64,000 nucleotides of DNA from an uncultured Verrucomicrobiae bacterium (lineage in GTDB: Bacteria; Chlamydiota; Chlamydiia; Chlamydiales; Rhabdochlamydiaceae): the NCBI GenBank assembly GCA_963731265.1, contig CAVSUE010000001.1:1696001-1760000 (forward strand). The letters run 5' to 3'. The notes below the pieces were generated by a model. The model was not told the origin of the DNA and did no database searches. It worked only from the letters and a program-made list of their open reading frames with translations. Shown piece after piece: positions 7,975 through 16,123 of the stretch (its first letter is position 1; each line of letters begins with the position of its first letter). The position numbers were made by a program, and so were the translations under genes.

Positions 7975-10529
7975 CGCTTGATATAGATCAAAAAATTTCA
8001 CCCATGATGGCGCAGTGGCATGCCTGTAAGAAAAGCGCGCCCAATGCGATCCTCTTATTCCGGCTCGGCGATTTTTATGAAGCGTTCTACGAAGACGCTA
8101 TTCTCATTTCCCAAATCCTCGACCTGACGCTGACCAAACGGCATGACATCCCGATGGCAGGCGTCCCCTTCCACACCAGCGAAGCCTACGTCGACAAACT
8201 CGTCGCTAAAGGGTATCGCATTGCTATTGCCGAACAAATGGAAGATCCCCGCTCTGTGAAAGGAATTGTCAAACGGGAAATTGTCCGCATCGTCACCCCC
8301 GGCACCGTTGTCAACTCCGCGCTGCTTGCCGACAAAGCCAACAATTATCTTGCCTGCATCGCTCAAGTGGGCGAGATGCAAGGTCTGAGCATCCTCGATT
8401 TGACAACGGCGGATTTCAAGGCGATGGAGTTTGAAGAGATCAAAGAACTCGTCGACGAGTTATGCCGATTGCGGCCCAAAGAAATCCTCGTCTCTGAAAA
8501 ATGGAACAAGAAACACGGAAAATCTCTTGACGATTTGAACAGCCTTTTTTCTTTTTCGATCAATACGAAGGAAGACTGGCATTTCGAGCATGCGCATGCT
8601 TGCGATGTATTGCTCCGCCATTTCCGCGTGCACCATCTCGATGGCTTCGGGCTAAAAGGGATGATTGCCGCCATCAATGCATCGGGCGCCATTTTGCAAT
8701 ATATTCACGAGGATTTGAACCTTTCGATCGAACATCTCAAGTCGATTGCCGTTGAACACATGCATCGCTACATGCTCCTCGACCGCTCAACGCAAAAGCA
8801 TCTCGAATTATTCGAATCTCTTCAAGAGAACAAAAAAACGCATACGTTGCTGTACTGCATCGATCAAACTATGACGCCCATGGGCGGACGCCTTTTGAAA
8901 AATTGGCTGGCCCACCCCTTGCTCGACGTCGAAGCGGTCCGTTTGCGTCAAGACGCCGTCACCGCTTTTTTGCAAGCGTGGCCGAGCAGCTTGGAAATAC
9001 GGAATCATTTACGTGAAATACGCGACCTGGAACGGTTGATGATGCGGATAGAAACCGGCTATGCAACTCCAAGAGACGTTGCCGGATTGGGCTTTTCCTT
9101 GGAGCATATCGCTCCCCTCTCCCGGCTCATGGCTACTTTTCCCCATCCGAGGCACAATCTCTCCCACGTCGAAGGGATCGCCCACAAAATTCGCTCCTCC
9201 CTCGTCGATGATCCTCCTTTCCGTTTGAGCGATGGGGGTATTTTCCGCAGCGGATATCACCCCGAGCTCGATGAATTGAGGACCTTGCAGCATGACAGCC
9301 ATGCCTGGATCGCGCGCTACCAGATGCAGCTCAAAGAACAGACACAAATCAAGACTTTAAAAGTTGGCTACACCAAAGCATTTGGCTATTACATCGAAGT
9401 GAGCCGCGGCCAGGCGGGTAAAATTCCGGAAGAATTCCAAAGACGACAAACCCTCGTCAATGCCGAACGGTTCATCACCCCAGAACTAAAAGCCTTTGAA
9501 ATAAAAATGCTCTCTTCAGAGGAAAAAACCGCCGCTTTGGAATATGAATTGTTCGACGCCTTGCGAAAAGAGGCCGCATCCCATTCCCAAGAGGTGCGGA
9601 AAATCGCCGAAGCCGTCGCCCAGATCGACTGCCTGCTTTCCTTTGCCGATACAGCGAGAACGCATCATTATATCCGTCCTATTGTCGATGAGAGCGAGAT
9701 TTTTCATGTGGAACAAGGGCGCCATCCCGTGATCGAAGCTGTGCTTGGCACGGAAACGTTCATCCCCAACGATGTCTTTTTGGATGGGCACAATCAGAGG
9801 CTTTATCTCATCACGGGCCCGAACATGGCTGGAAAGTCCACGTTCATCCGCCAAGCCGCCTTGATCGCGATTTTGGCCCAAATAGGCTCTTACGTACCCG
9901 CCAAACAGGCGCATATCGGAATCATCGATAAGATCTTTAGCCGCATCGGTGCCAGCGACGATCTGTCCCGCGGCCAATCGACATTCATGGTCGAGATGAC
10001 CGAAACGGCCAACATTCTTCACAATGCGACGGACCGCTCCCTTGTCATTTTGGATGAGATCGGCCGAGGGACGAGCACCTACGACGGGATTTCCATAGCC
10101 TGGGCTGTTGCTGAATTTTTACTGACAGAACCCCGCCGGCGCGCCAAAACACTTTTCGCGACCCATTATTGGGAACTTACCGAATTGGAAAATGAGATTC
10201 CGGGCGCCGTGAACTTCAATGTCGCTGTTCATGAGTCGGAGCGCGGCATTGTCTTCTTACGCAAGATTGTCAAAGGGGGGACGGACAAAAGCTACGGCAT
10301 CCACGTCGCCAAACTCGCCGGTCTCCCCCATTGCGTGATCAAGCGCGCATTGCAACGACTGCACAAGTTAGAGAAGAACACCAAGGTGCCCAACAAGGAC
10401 AAACAACTCAACTTTTTTACATCGGAATCAAAAATATCTGCCGAGTTAAAAAATTTGGACACCGATCATTTAACGCCTATAGAAGCCTTAAAAAAGCTTA
10501 TCGAGTTGAAGAACCAATGTTCGACGTAA
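7971..10529 (+). CDS. mutS: DNA mismatch repair protein MutS
   Basis: FRLGDFYEAF, TGPNMAGKST Walker A, STFMVEM, LDEIGRGTST. Confidence 0.98.
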   Translation: MTLDIDQKISPMMAQWHACKKSAPNAILLFRLGDFYEAFYEDAILISQILDLTLTKRHDIPMAGVPFHTSEAYVDKLVAKGYRIAIAEQMEDPRSVKGIVKREIVRIVTPGTVVNSALLADKANNYLACIAQVGEMQGLSILDLTTADFKAMEFEEIKELVDELCRLRPKEILVSEKWNKKHGKSLDDLNSLFSFSINTKEDWHFEHAHACDVLLRHFRVHHLDGFGLKGMIAAINASGAILQYIHEDLNLSIEHLKSIAVEHMHRYMLLDRSTQKHLELFESLQENKKTHTLLYCIDQTMTPMGGRLLKNWLAHPLLDVEAVRLRQDAVTAFLQAWPSSLEIRNHLREIRDLERLMMRIETGYATPRDVAGLGFSLEHIAPLSRLMATFPHPRHNLSHVEGIAHKIRSSLVDDPPFRLSDGGIFRSGYHPELDELRTLQHDSHAWIARYQMQLKEQTQIKTLKVGYTKAFGYYIEVSRGQAGKIPEEFQRRQTLVNAERFITPELKAFEIKMLSSEEKTAALEYELFDALRKEAASHSQEVRKIAEAVAQIDCLLSFADTARTHHYIRPIVDESEIFHVEQGRHPVIEAVLGTETFIPNDVFLDGHNQRLYLITGPNMAGKSTFIRQAALIAILAQIGSYVPAKQAHIGIIDKIFSRIGASDDLSRGQSTFMVEMTETANILHNATDRSLVILDEIGRGTSTYDGISIAWAVAEFLLTEPRRRAKTLFATHYWELTELENEIPGAVNFNVAVHESERGIVFLRKIVKGGTDKSYGIHVAKLAGLPHCVIKRALQRLHKLEKNTKVPNKDKQLNFFTSESKISAELKNLDTDHLTPIEALKKLIELKNQCST

Positions 10530-12352
10530 AAATCCTCGATCAGTTTCCGACCAAGCCCGGCGTTTATCTGATGAAAGATGCAGAAAACAAAGTGATCTAT
10601 GTCGGGAAGGCCAATGTTCTCAAAAACCGGATCAAACAATATTTTTCCCTGGTTGATAGCCGCCCGATGATCCCGTTCCTGATTCGGCAAGTCGCGCACA
10701 TCGACACGATCGTCGTCCCGTCCGAAAAGGAAGCGCTGCTGTTAGAAAACACGTTAATCAAGAAACATCAGCCCAAATTCAACGCCATTCTCAAAGATGA
10801 CAAGACCTTCATCAGCCTGATGATCAACAACCGCCACCCCTGGCCGATGATCCGGCTCATCCGCTATAAAGGAACGCCCAAAGATGACGGCCTTTATTTC
10901 GGCCCTTATACGAGCGCTTTTTCAGCACGTCAGACGTATGAGATGCTCACCCGTTTGTTCCCCCTAAGGCAATGCAGCGACGAAGAATTGAAGCGCCGTA
11001 CGCGGCCCTGTTTGCTTTATTCGATCAAGCGCTGCGTTGCGCCTTGCGTCGGCAAATGCACGAAACAAGAATATGACACTTTTGTGGGAGGCGCTGTCAA
11101 ATTTCTAAAAGGGCAAGACAAAGAGATTTTAAAACATCTTTATGCCGAGATGAAAAAAGCCTCTGAAAGTCAGGAATACGAACGCGCCGCAGCCATTTTG
11201 CAATCTATCCGGCAAATCGAACACGTTGTCGAGACACAAGCTCTCGTTGTGAAAGTCAATGGCAAAAATAGCGACGCTCTGGCCATCTACCGCGAAGGGG
11301 AAGAAGTGATGCTCGTGCAGCTGCTTTTTCGGGAAGGCAAACTGGTCGGCTCGGAGCACTATTCTTTTTCCAATATCCTCGAGGAAGATGAAGATCTGCT
11401 TTCTTCATTCATCTTGCAGCACTATCGGCATTTGGAAGGGATGCCCGATGAAATTCTCGTTCCCATTTCCTTGAAAGACGCCGATGTGATCTCCGAAATC
11501 CTTTCCGAATCGCATCAGAAAAAAAAGAGCGCGATCCTGCATCCCCAAAAAGGAGAAAAAAGAGCCCTGATTGGCATTGCCGAAGAAAACGCCAAAGCCA
11601 TTTTCAGGCAAGAAAAGGACCATCTGGAGCTCAAAGAAAAAATGCTGCTCGACCTGCAAGAAACCCTCAAACTGAACCGCTATCCCAAACGGATCGAATG
11701 CTTTGACACTTCCAACATTTCCGGGACGGATCCCGTCGCCTCCCTCGTCGCTTTTACCGATGGGGAAAAAGACACAAAACGGACGCGGCTGTTCAAAATC
11801 AAAACAGCCCTTAAAGGGGACGATTATGGGGCCATGCGCGAAGTGTTAACACGCCATCTCACCCGTTCGAAGCAAGACGATGATCTCCCCGATTTGATCA
11901 TCCTCGATGGCGGCAAAGGGCAGCTCAACATCGGGTTAGAGGTGTTTAAAGCCCTCGACATCGCCTCCGTCGATCTCATCGCACTCGCCAAAGAACAAGG
12001 ACGCCATGATAAAGGGATGACGGCGGAAAGAGTCTTTTTGCCGGAACACCATGATCCCATTCACCTCAATCCCCGTTCCAGCCTGCTCTTCTTGCTGCAA
12101 AAAGTGCGCGATGAGGCCCACCGCAAAGCGTTGGGCTTTCACCGCCATCGCCGTCAGAAACGCACACTAACGAGCGCTCTAGACAACATTCCGGGCATCG
12201 GCCCCATCAAACGGGGGCGCCTTCTGCGCCATTTCGGCAGCGTAGAAAAGATCAGGCAAGCTTCCGAAGAAGAGCTCAAGCAAGTGAAAGGGATCACCCA
12301 AAAAGACATCCACTATTTAAGAAGTATGGAAAACAGAAACTCTTTGCGATAG
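10517..12352 (+). CDS. uvrC: Excinuclease ABC subunit C
   Basis: GIY-YIG (PGVYLM..VIYVGKA), RIECFDTS, DGGKGQ, C-terminal HhH IPGIGP; start ATG at 10517. Confidence 0.97.
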   Translation: MFDVKILDQFPTKPGVYLMKDAENKVIYVGKANVLKNRIKQYFSLVDSRPMIPFLIRQVAHIDTIVVPSEKEALLLENTLIKKHQPKFNAILKDDKTFISLMINNRHPWPMIRLIRYKGTPKDDGLYFGPYTSAFSARQTYEMLTRLFPLRQCSDEELKRRTRPCLLYSIKRCVAPCVGKCTKQEYDTFVGGAVKFLKGQDKEILKHLYAEMKKASESQEYERAAAILQSIRQIEHVVETQALVVKVNGKNSDALAIYREGEEVMLVQLLFREGKLVGSEHYSFSNILEEDEDLLSSFILQHYRHLEGMPDEILVPISLKDADVISEILSESHQKKKSAILHPQKGEKRALIGIAEENAKAIFRQEKDHLELKEKMLLDLQETLKLNRYPKRIECFDTSNISGTDPVASLVAFTDGEKDTKRTRLFKIKTALKGDDYGAMREVLTRHLTRSKQDDDLPDLIILDGGKGQLNIGLEVFKALDIASVDLIALAKEQGRHDKGMTAERVFLPEHHDPIHLNPRSSLLFLLQKVRDEAHRKALGFHRHRRQKRTLTSALDNIPGIGPIKRGRLLRHFGSVEKIRQASEEELKQVKGITQKDIHYLRSMENRNSLR

Positions 12353-12819
12353 CCTAAATGCTTCTGCAAGATTTGGCTTAGATCATTCTCGGCTTTTTCC
12401 AAAACTTCCTGCTGTTTTTCCGCAGGCAAGAGGGGCATCTCGACAAATACCGCAATTTTTTGATCCTTGGAAAGGTCCACATCAACGGACAAATCCCGAT
12501 TCGGAAAGCATTTTTTCCAATAGTCTTGCACATAGCCTTGAACCACGGCCGAATCGACGAATACTTCATGCCGCCCCATTTTAAAACGGTAGTACGCCCC
12601 GCGACACATCGTATAAAAACCCAGCAGCAGCAACCCACCGCAAGCGAGAATGCCATACCCAATCAAAGAAAAATGGGTGGACTCATTGGAGAAAAAGGCA
12701 GCAATCGCATTGCGCAGATGAGGAGCATATTGAAGCCCGACAAAAAACACCCCTATCACAAGGACAAAGACGACCAAAATGAATTGCACTGCAGAAAATA
12801 GGAGATTGCCAGTTTTCAT
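12313..12819 (-). CDS. Two-TM membrane protein, possibly an AmaP-like anchor partner of Asp23
   Basis: Two N-terminal TM helices plus a soluble domain; co-oriented directly downstream of the Asp23-family gene. Confidence 0.6.
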   Translation of the reverse strand: MKTGNLLFSAVQFILVVFVLVIGVFFVGLQYAPHLRNAIAAFFSNESTHFSLIGYGILACGGLLLLGFYTMCRGAYYRFKMGRHEVFVDSAVVQGYVQDYWKKCFPNRDLSVDVDLSKDQKIAVFVEMPLLPAEKQQEVLEKAENDLSQILQKHLGYRKEFLFSILLK

Positions 12820-12932
12820 CCGTCCTCCGGCGGAAACCCGGCCCTTAAGGGCCGGGTATTTTCAAAAACAATGTTGGGCCGAGTACGAACCTCGGCCCCA
12901 ACTTAATCCCAGGCCTTAAGGCCTGGGTTCAC
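12815..12932 (-). repeat. Three-hairpin element family B, copy 1
   Basis: Near-identical reverse complement of 39644-39761; palindromes acccggcccttaagggccgggt and cccaggccttaaggcctggg. Confidence 0.95.
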
Positions 12933-13387
12933 GAATCAAAAAATTCCTTATGGTGTTCAGAAGCGGATTTCGCTTTTTTCTCCAACAATTCTTCCAAGTT
13001 TGGCTTTCGCTTGGAGATGAGATTTTTAAAAATGACGTGCACAGCGCGCACATGCACATTTGTCAGGCGGCTGATATCTTGCAGAATCTTATTCTGAATT
13101 TCTTCCGCTTTATCTGGAATAGAGATGCCATAGGCCACATTAATCTCAATCCGCACGTTGACACTATGCGTCTTCTGATCCTGATCGACGTGTATCCCTT
13201 TGACCCCGTCCAAACCATCGCCTAAAAGATTGTCAAAAAGATTGCCTTCGAGAGTTTCCACCCCTTCGATCTGGCTCAAAGTTTGAAGCACAATAGACTG
13301 AAAGACCTTGCTTTCAACGTCGCGGATAAACACCGTTTCGGGAAGCTCAATTTCCTTGGTGTCGATTTGCTTAAGCGGATTATGCAT
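12929..13387 (-). CDS. Asp23/Gls24-family envelope stress protein
   Basis: V.IEINVAYGISIPDKAEEIQ..I...I..LT..HV..VHV pattern. Confidence 0.85.
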   Translation of the reverse strand: MHNPLKQIDTKEIELPETVFIRDVESKVFQSIVLQTLSQIEGVETLEGNLFDNLLGDGLDGVKGIHVDQDQKTHSVNVRIEINVAYGISIPDKAEEIQNKILQDISRLTNVHVRAVHVIFKNLISKRKPNLEELLEKKAKSASEHHKEFFDS

Positions 13388-13500
13388 AGCCTACCCCTCT
13401 TTCAAGAGCAGCTATTATCCAAGTAATGAAACCTCCTTGTCAAGTACAAGGAAACCCATTATGATAAAATCAGTCAAAATTCATTCCTCGCAGATCAACC

Positions 13501-13908
13501 ATGCAAACTTTTTTTACTCTCTTCCTAAGTTTATTTTTAGGTTGGGGATGCAGCCAAATAGCCCTTCGGCGCGGTCGCAGCCCAAGGAATTGGTTCATCG
13601 CGGGCGTGTTTTTCGGCGTCTTTGCCTTGATAGTCCTTTTTATCCTGCCTCGCCGCACAGTCAAAGAGACGGTTAACGCTCCACAGCCTCAAAAAAGCCT
13701 CCCCACACTCGCCATCCTTTCATCTTCCCATGCCGAAAAATTGTGGTATTTTCTCGATGATGAGAAAGCCCAATTCGGGCCCATGAGCTTTGACGCATTG
13801 AGCAGAGCCTGGCATGAAGGAAAAATTAAACAAAGCACTTACGTCTGGAATGAAGCGATGGAGAATTGGCAGCCGTTCCAAGAAGTGATCCAATCCGCTC
13901 AATCTTGA
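13501..13908 (+). CDS. Membrane protein with C-terminal GYF_2 (DUF4339) domain
   Basis: WYFLD....QFGPMS...L......G.I...TYVW.E.M.NW.P motif after two TM segments. Confidence 0.8.
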   Translation: MQTFFTLFLSLFLGWGCSQIALRRGRSPRNWFIAGVFFGVFALIVLFILPRRTVKETVNAPQPQKSLPTLAILSSSHAEKLWYFLDDEKAQFGPMSFDALSRAWHEGKIKQSTYVWNEAMENWQPFQEVIQSAQS

Positions 13909-14072
13909 GAAAATGTCTCCCATTTCCCTCAATTGAGTATAGAGCTAACCTTCTATAACTCATATTAGACACAACTTTTTAAGTCGGAGCGTGTAGAAGC
14001 ACGGCACAGGGCATTATAAAATATTTTACGATAGTGTAGAAGTAGGATATTTAAATCTTATTTAGATTTTAG

Positions 14073-14106
14073 AAAAAAAACCCCGCGGAGATTTGCGGGG
14101 GTTTTT
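14073..14106 (-). terminator. Intrinsic terminator downstream of rpsN (possibly bidirectional)
   Basis: A8-ccccgc-ggagattt-gcgggg-gttttt. Confidence 0.8.
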
Positions 14107-14121
14107 CTTTCGGCTGAGTTT

Positions 14122-14424
14122 TTACCAGCTGGCTTTGACAACGCCAGGGATGAGGCCGAAATTGGCCATCTCGCGGAAACAAAGACGGGAGAGTTTGAAT
14201 TTTTTCAGGACGCCACGGGAACGGCCGGTCAGCTGGCAGCGGCTGCGCAGGCGCACGGGGGAAGAGTTGCGGGGCATCTTATTCAGCTCCATTTTAGCTG
14301 CATGGCGCTCTTCGTCGGTCTTATTCATATCGAGAATAGTTTTCTTTAAACTTTGACGTTTGTCCCATTTGAGTTTGACAAGGCGCTCACGTTTATGTTG
14401 TTTAGCAATCCAGGCTTTCGTCAT
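14122..14424 (-). CDS. rpsN: 30S ribosomal protein S14 (long type)
   Basis: [21 protein letters not shown]...[24 protein letters not shown]. Confidence 0.97.
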   Translation of the reverse strand: MTKAWIAKQHKRERLVKLKWDKRQSLKKTILDMNKTDEERHAAKMELNKMPRNSSPVRLRSRCQLTGRSRGVLKKFKLSRLCFREMANFGLIPGVVKASW

Positions 14425-14436
14425 ATTCCTCTTATA

Positions 14437-14574
14437 CTACTTTTTACGAGCAGGACCTTTTTGTCGCTGCTTGCGGTTTGGGTCGGTTTTGTTGATCACG
14501 TAGACACGCCCTTTCCGGCGGACGACTTTGTCTCCTTTGGAAGGGTCGGCTTTGATCGAAGCTTTGACTTTCAT
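14437..14574 (-). CDS. rpmJ: 50S ribosomal protein L36 (Cys-free type); missing from the ORF track
   Basis: Hand translation: [45 protein letters not shown]. Confidence 0.95.
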   Translation of the reverse strand: MKVKASIKADPSKGDKVVRRKGRVYVINKTDPNRKQRQKGPARKK

Positions 14575-14658
14575 GACTACCTTAAGAAATAGAGAATAAA
14601 GTTAGGTAAGGTTATACGCAATCCTTGGTTTTCTTTCAAGAGAAGCGAGGATAAAAAA

Positions 14659-15126
14659 TTAATTTACAGCCAGGCTGTTTTTTTGGAGGAAGGCTTCTCC
14701 CCAATAATAGTGGTCCAGAAGCCCTTCCGTCTTACGCCCTAAAATCGAAAAAGCAAGGAATAAAGCTTCTACAGAGGCAAGCCCCTTGGTGGGGTCAACA
14801 CAATCTTCCTGCCGGCGGGGATAAGCGGTCGAGCAATGAGAAGGCAGGCTCCGTTTTTGGAAAAGATGCGGCCTCGGCAGCTGCCTCTCCATTACCTCGG
14901 CATAGTTCCAGGTTCCATCGATCAAAAACACCCCTAAATCCCGATCTCCTTCCTGGAGGACAGGAGCATCGAGCGCAAGCAAAAAATAACCTGATAAATC
15001 GGGCAGCGTGTCTTTGGGATAAGTAAAAAATTGAAAATCAGAACGGCTTTCCAAGCCCCGAAGACTGCATTTTTTCAGATTTTCCTTGCGGTGGCGCAAA
15101 ATAACGGTAGGAGGAAATGTAAACAT
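14659..15126 (-). CDS. DTW/Tsr3-like protein (putative RNA aminocarboxypropyltransferase)
   Basis: H..E..KKCS, IDGTW (DXTW), RSLP, LASVEAL motifs. Confidence 0.65.
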   Translation of the reverse strand: MFTFPPTVILRHRKENLKKCSLRGLESRSDFQFFTYPKDTLPDLSGYFLLALDAPVLQEGDRDLGVFLIDGTWNYAEVMERQLPRPHLFQKRSLPSHCSTAYPRRQEDCVDPTKGLASVEALFLAFSILGRKTEGLLDHYYWGEAFLQKNSLAVN

Positions 15127-15155
15127 TTTTTATACAAGGAGTTGGGATACACTAT

Positions 15156-16106
15156 ATGGTAATCAAACTCGTTTTAAATTGCATTCTTCTGTTTTTCATA
15201 ACCACACTAAATAGTGTCACCAGGTTTGAAGAAAAAAAAATATTAAAAGAAGCTTTAGCCAAAAATCGACCTATTGTCGCTGTATTCTTGAGTTCTAATT
15301 GCCCCTGGTCGGCAAAACTACAGCAGGAAGTCCTAGAAAACCCTTTATTTTTTGAGAAAACCAGCAGGGAGGCTGTCCTTTGGCCGCTCTTTTTACAGCA
15401 AAGCGAAGAAGAGAAAGCCTTTTTACAGAAATATCACGTACAAAAATGTCCGACGCTATTGATCCTCGATCCCAAAGGAAAAGAGTTTGCCCGCTTTGAA
15501 TACGTCCCGCTCGATGCCGCAGGGTATGCGGAAATGATTGTCAGCCAGATCGAAAGTTTTCATGAGATCTGCATCGCCCTAGCGCAAAATGATGACAATT
15601 TCGATGAAGAAAAGTGGCGCGAACTCTACCAGAAAGCAAAAAAATTATCGGCTCCTTGCTTCAAACAGGTTCTTCTCGAGAGAGGTTTCCGCAAAGAGAA
15701 AGGGTCTTTTTTTCATTTGGAGAAATTCGCCTCTCTTCTAGACAAATACAAAATCAAGCACCCTTTAGTTCGCAAAGCAAAGAAGCAATTTCTCGACAGA
15801 GATCGGGACAACGAACAGGGTTTTCAATTCAAAGTCGCTGTTTTAGAATTTCAAAAACTTGCCTCCCGGCTAAAGTCTAAGGACCGGCCAAAAAAAGCCT
15901 TAAGGCCACTTCTGAAATACTCGCAAGCGTTTCAGAAAAAAGATCCCCAAAATTATTGGAAAAGCGAATGGATGATCGCGGAATTTTTATACACCAAAAA
16001 TTCGCTCATTTCCGCCTTGGAACACGCCCAAGCAGCTTACTTGGCGGCACCCGATTCTGAAAAACAGCAAATCGCTGAAACAATGAGTTTTTTTCAAAGG
16101 GAATAA
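15156..16106 (+). CDS. Exported thioredoxin-fold protein (CxxS) with helical C-terminal region
   Basis: Signal peptide, CPWS motif, PTLLILDP.G.E thioredoxin strand. Confidence 0.7.
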   Translation: MVIKLVLNCILLFFITTLNSVTRFEEKKILKEALAKNRPIVAVFLSSNCPWSAKLQQEVLENPLFFEKTSREAVLWPLFLQQSEEEKAFLQKYHVQKCPTLLILDPKGKEFARFEYVPLDAAGYAEMIVSQIESFHEICIALAQNDDNFDEEKWRELYQKAKKLSAPCFKQVLLERGFRKEKGSFFHLEKFASLLDKYKIKHPLVRKAKKQFLDRDRDNEQGFQFKVAVLEFQKLASRLKSKDRPKKALRPLLKYSQAFQKKDPQNYWKSEWMIAEFLYTKNSLISALEHAQAAYLAAPDSEKQQIAETMSFFQRE

Positions 16107-16123
16107 AAAACATTTAGTCTCTC

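Noticed and set aside
10331..10516. N-terminal extension of uvrC in the ORF track
   Set aside because: Overlaps mutS; UvrC homology begins at ATG 10517.
13951..14074. Possible degenerate inverted-repeat element downstream of rpsN
   Set aside because: Only 13 of 19 matches in AT-rich sequence; not distinguishable from chance by eye.
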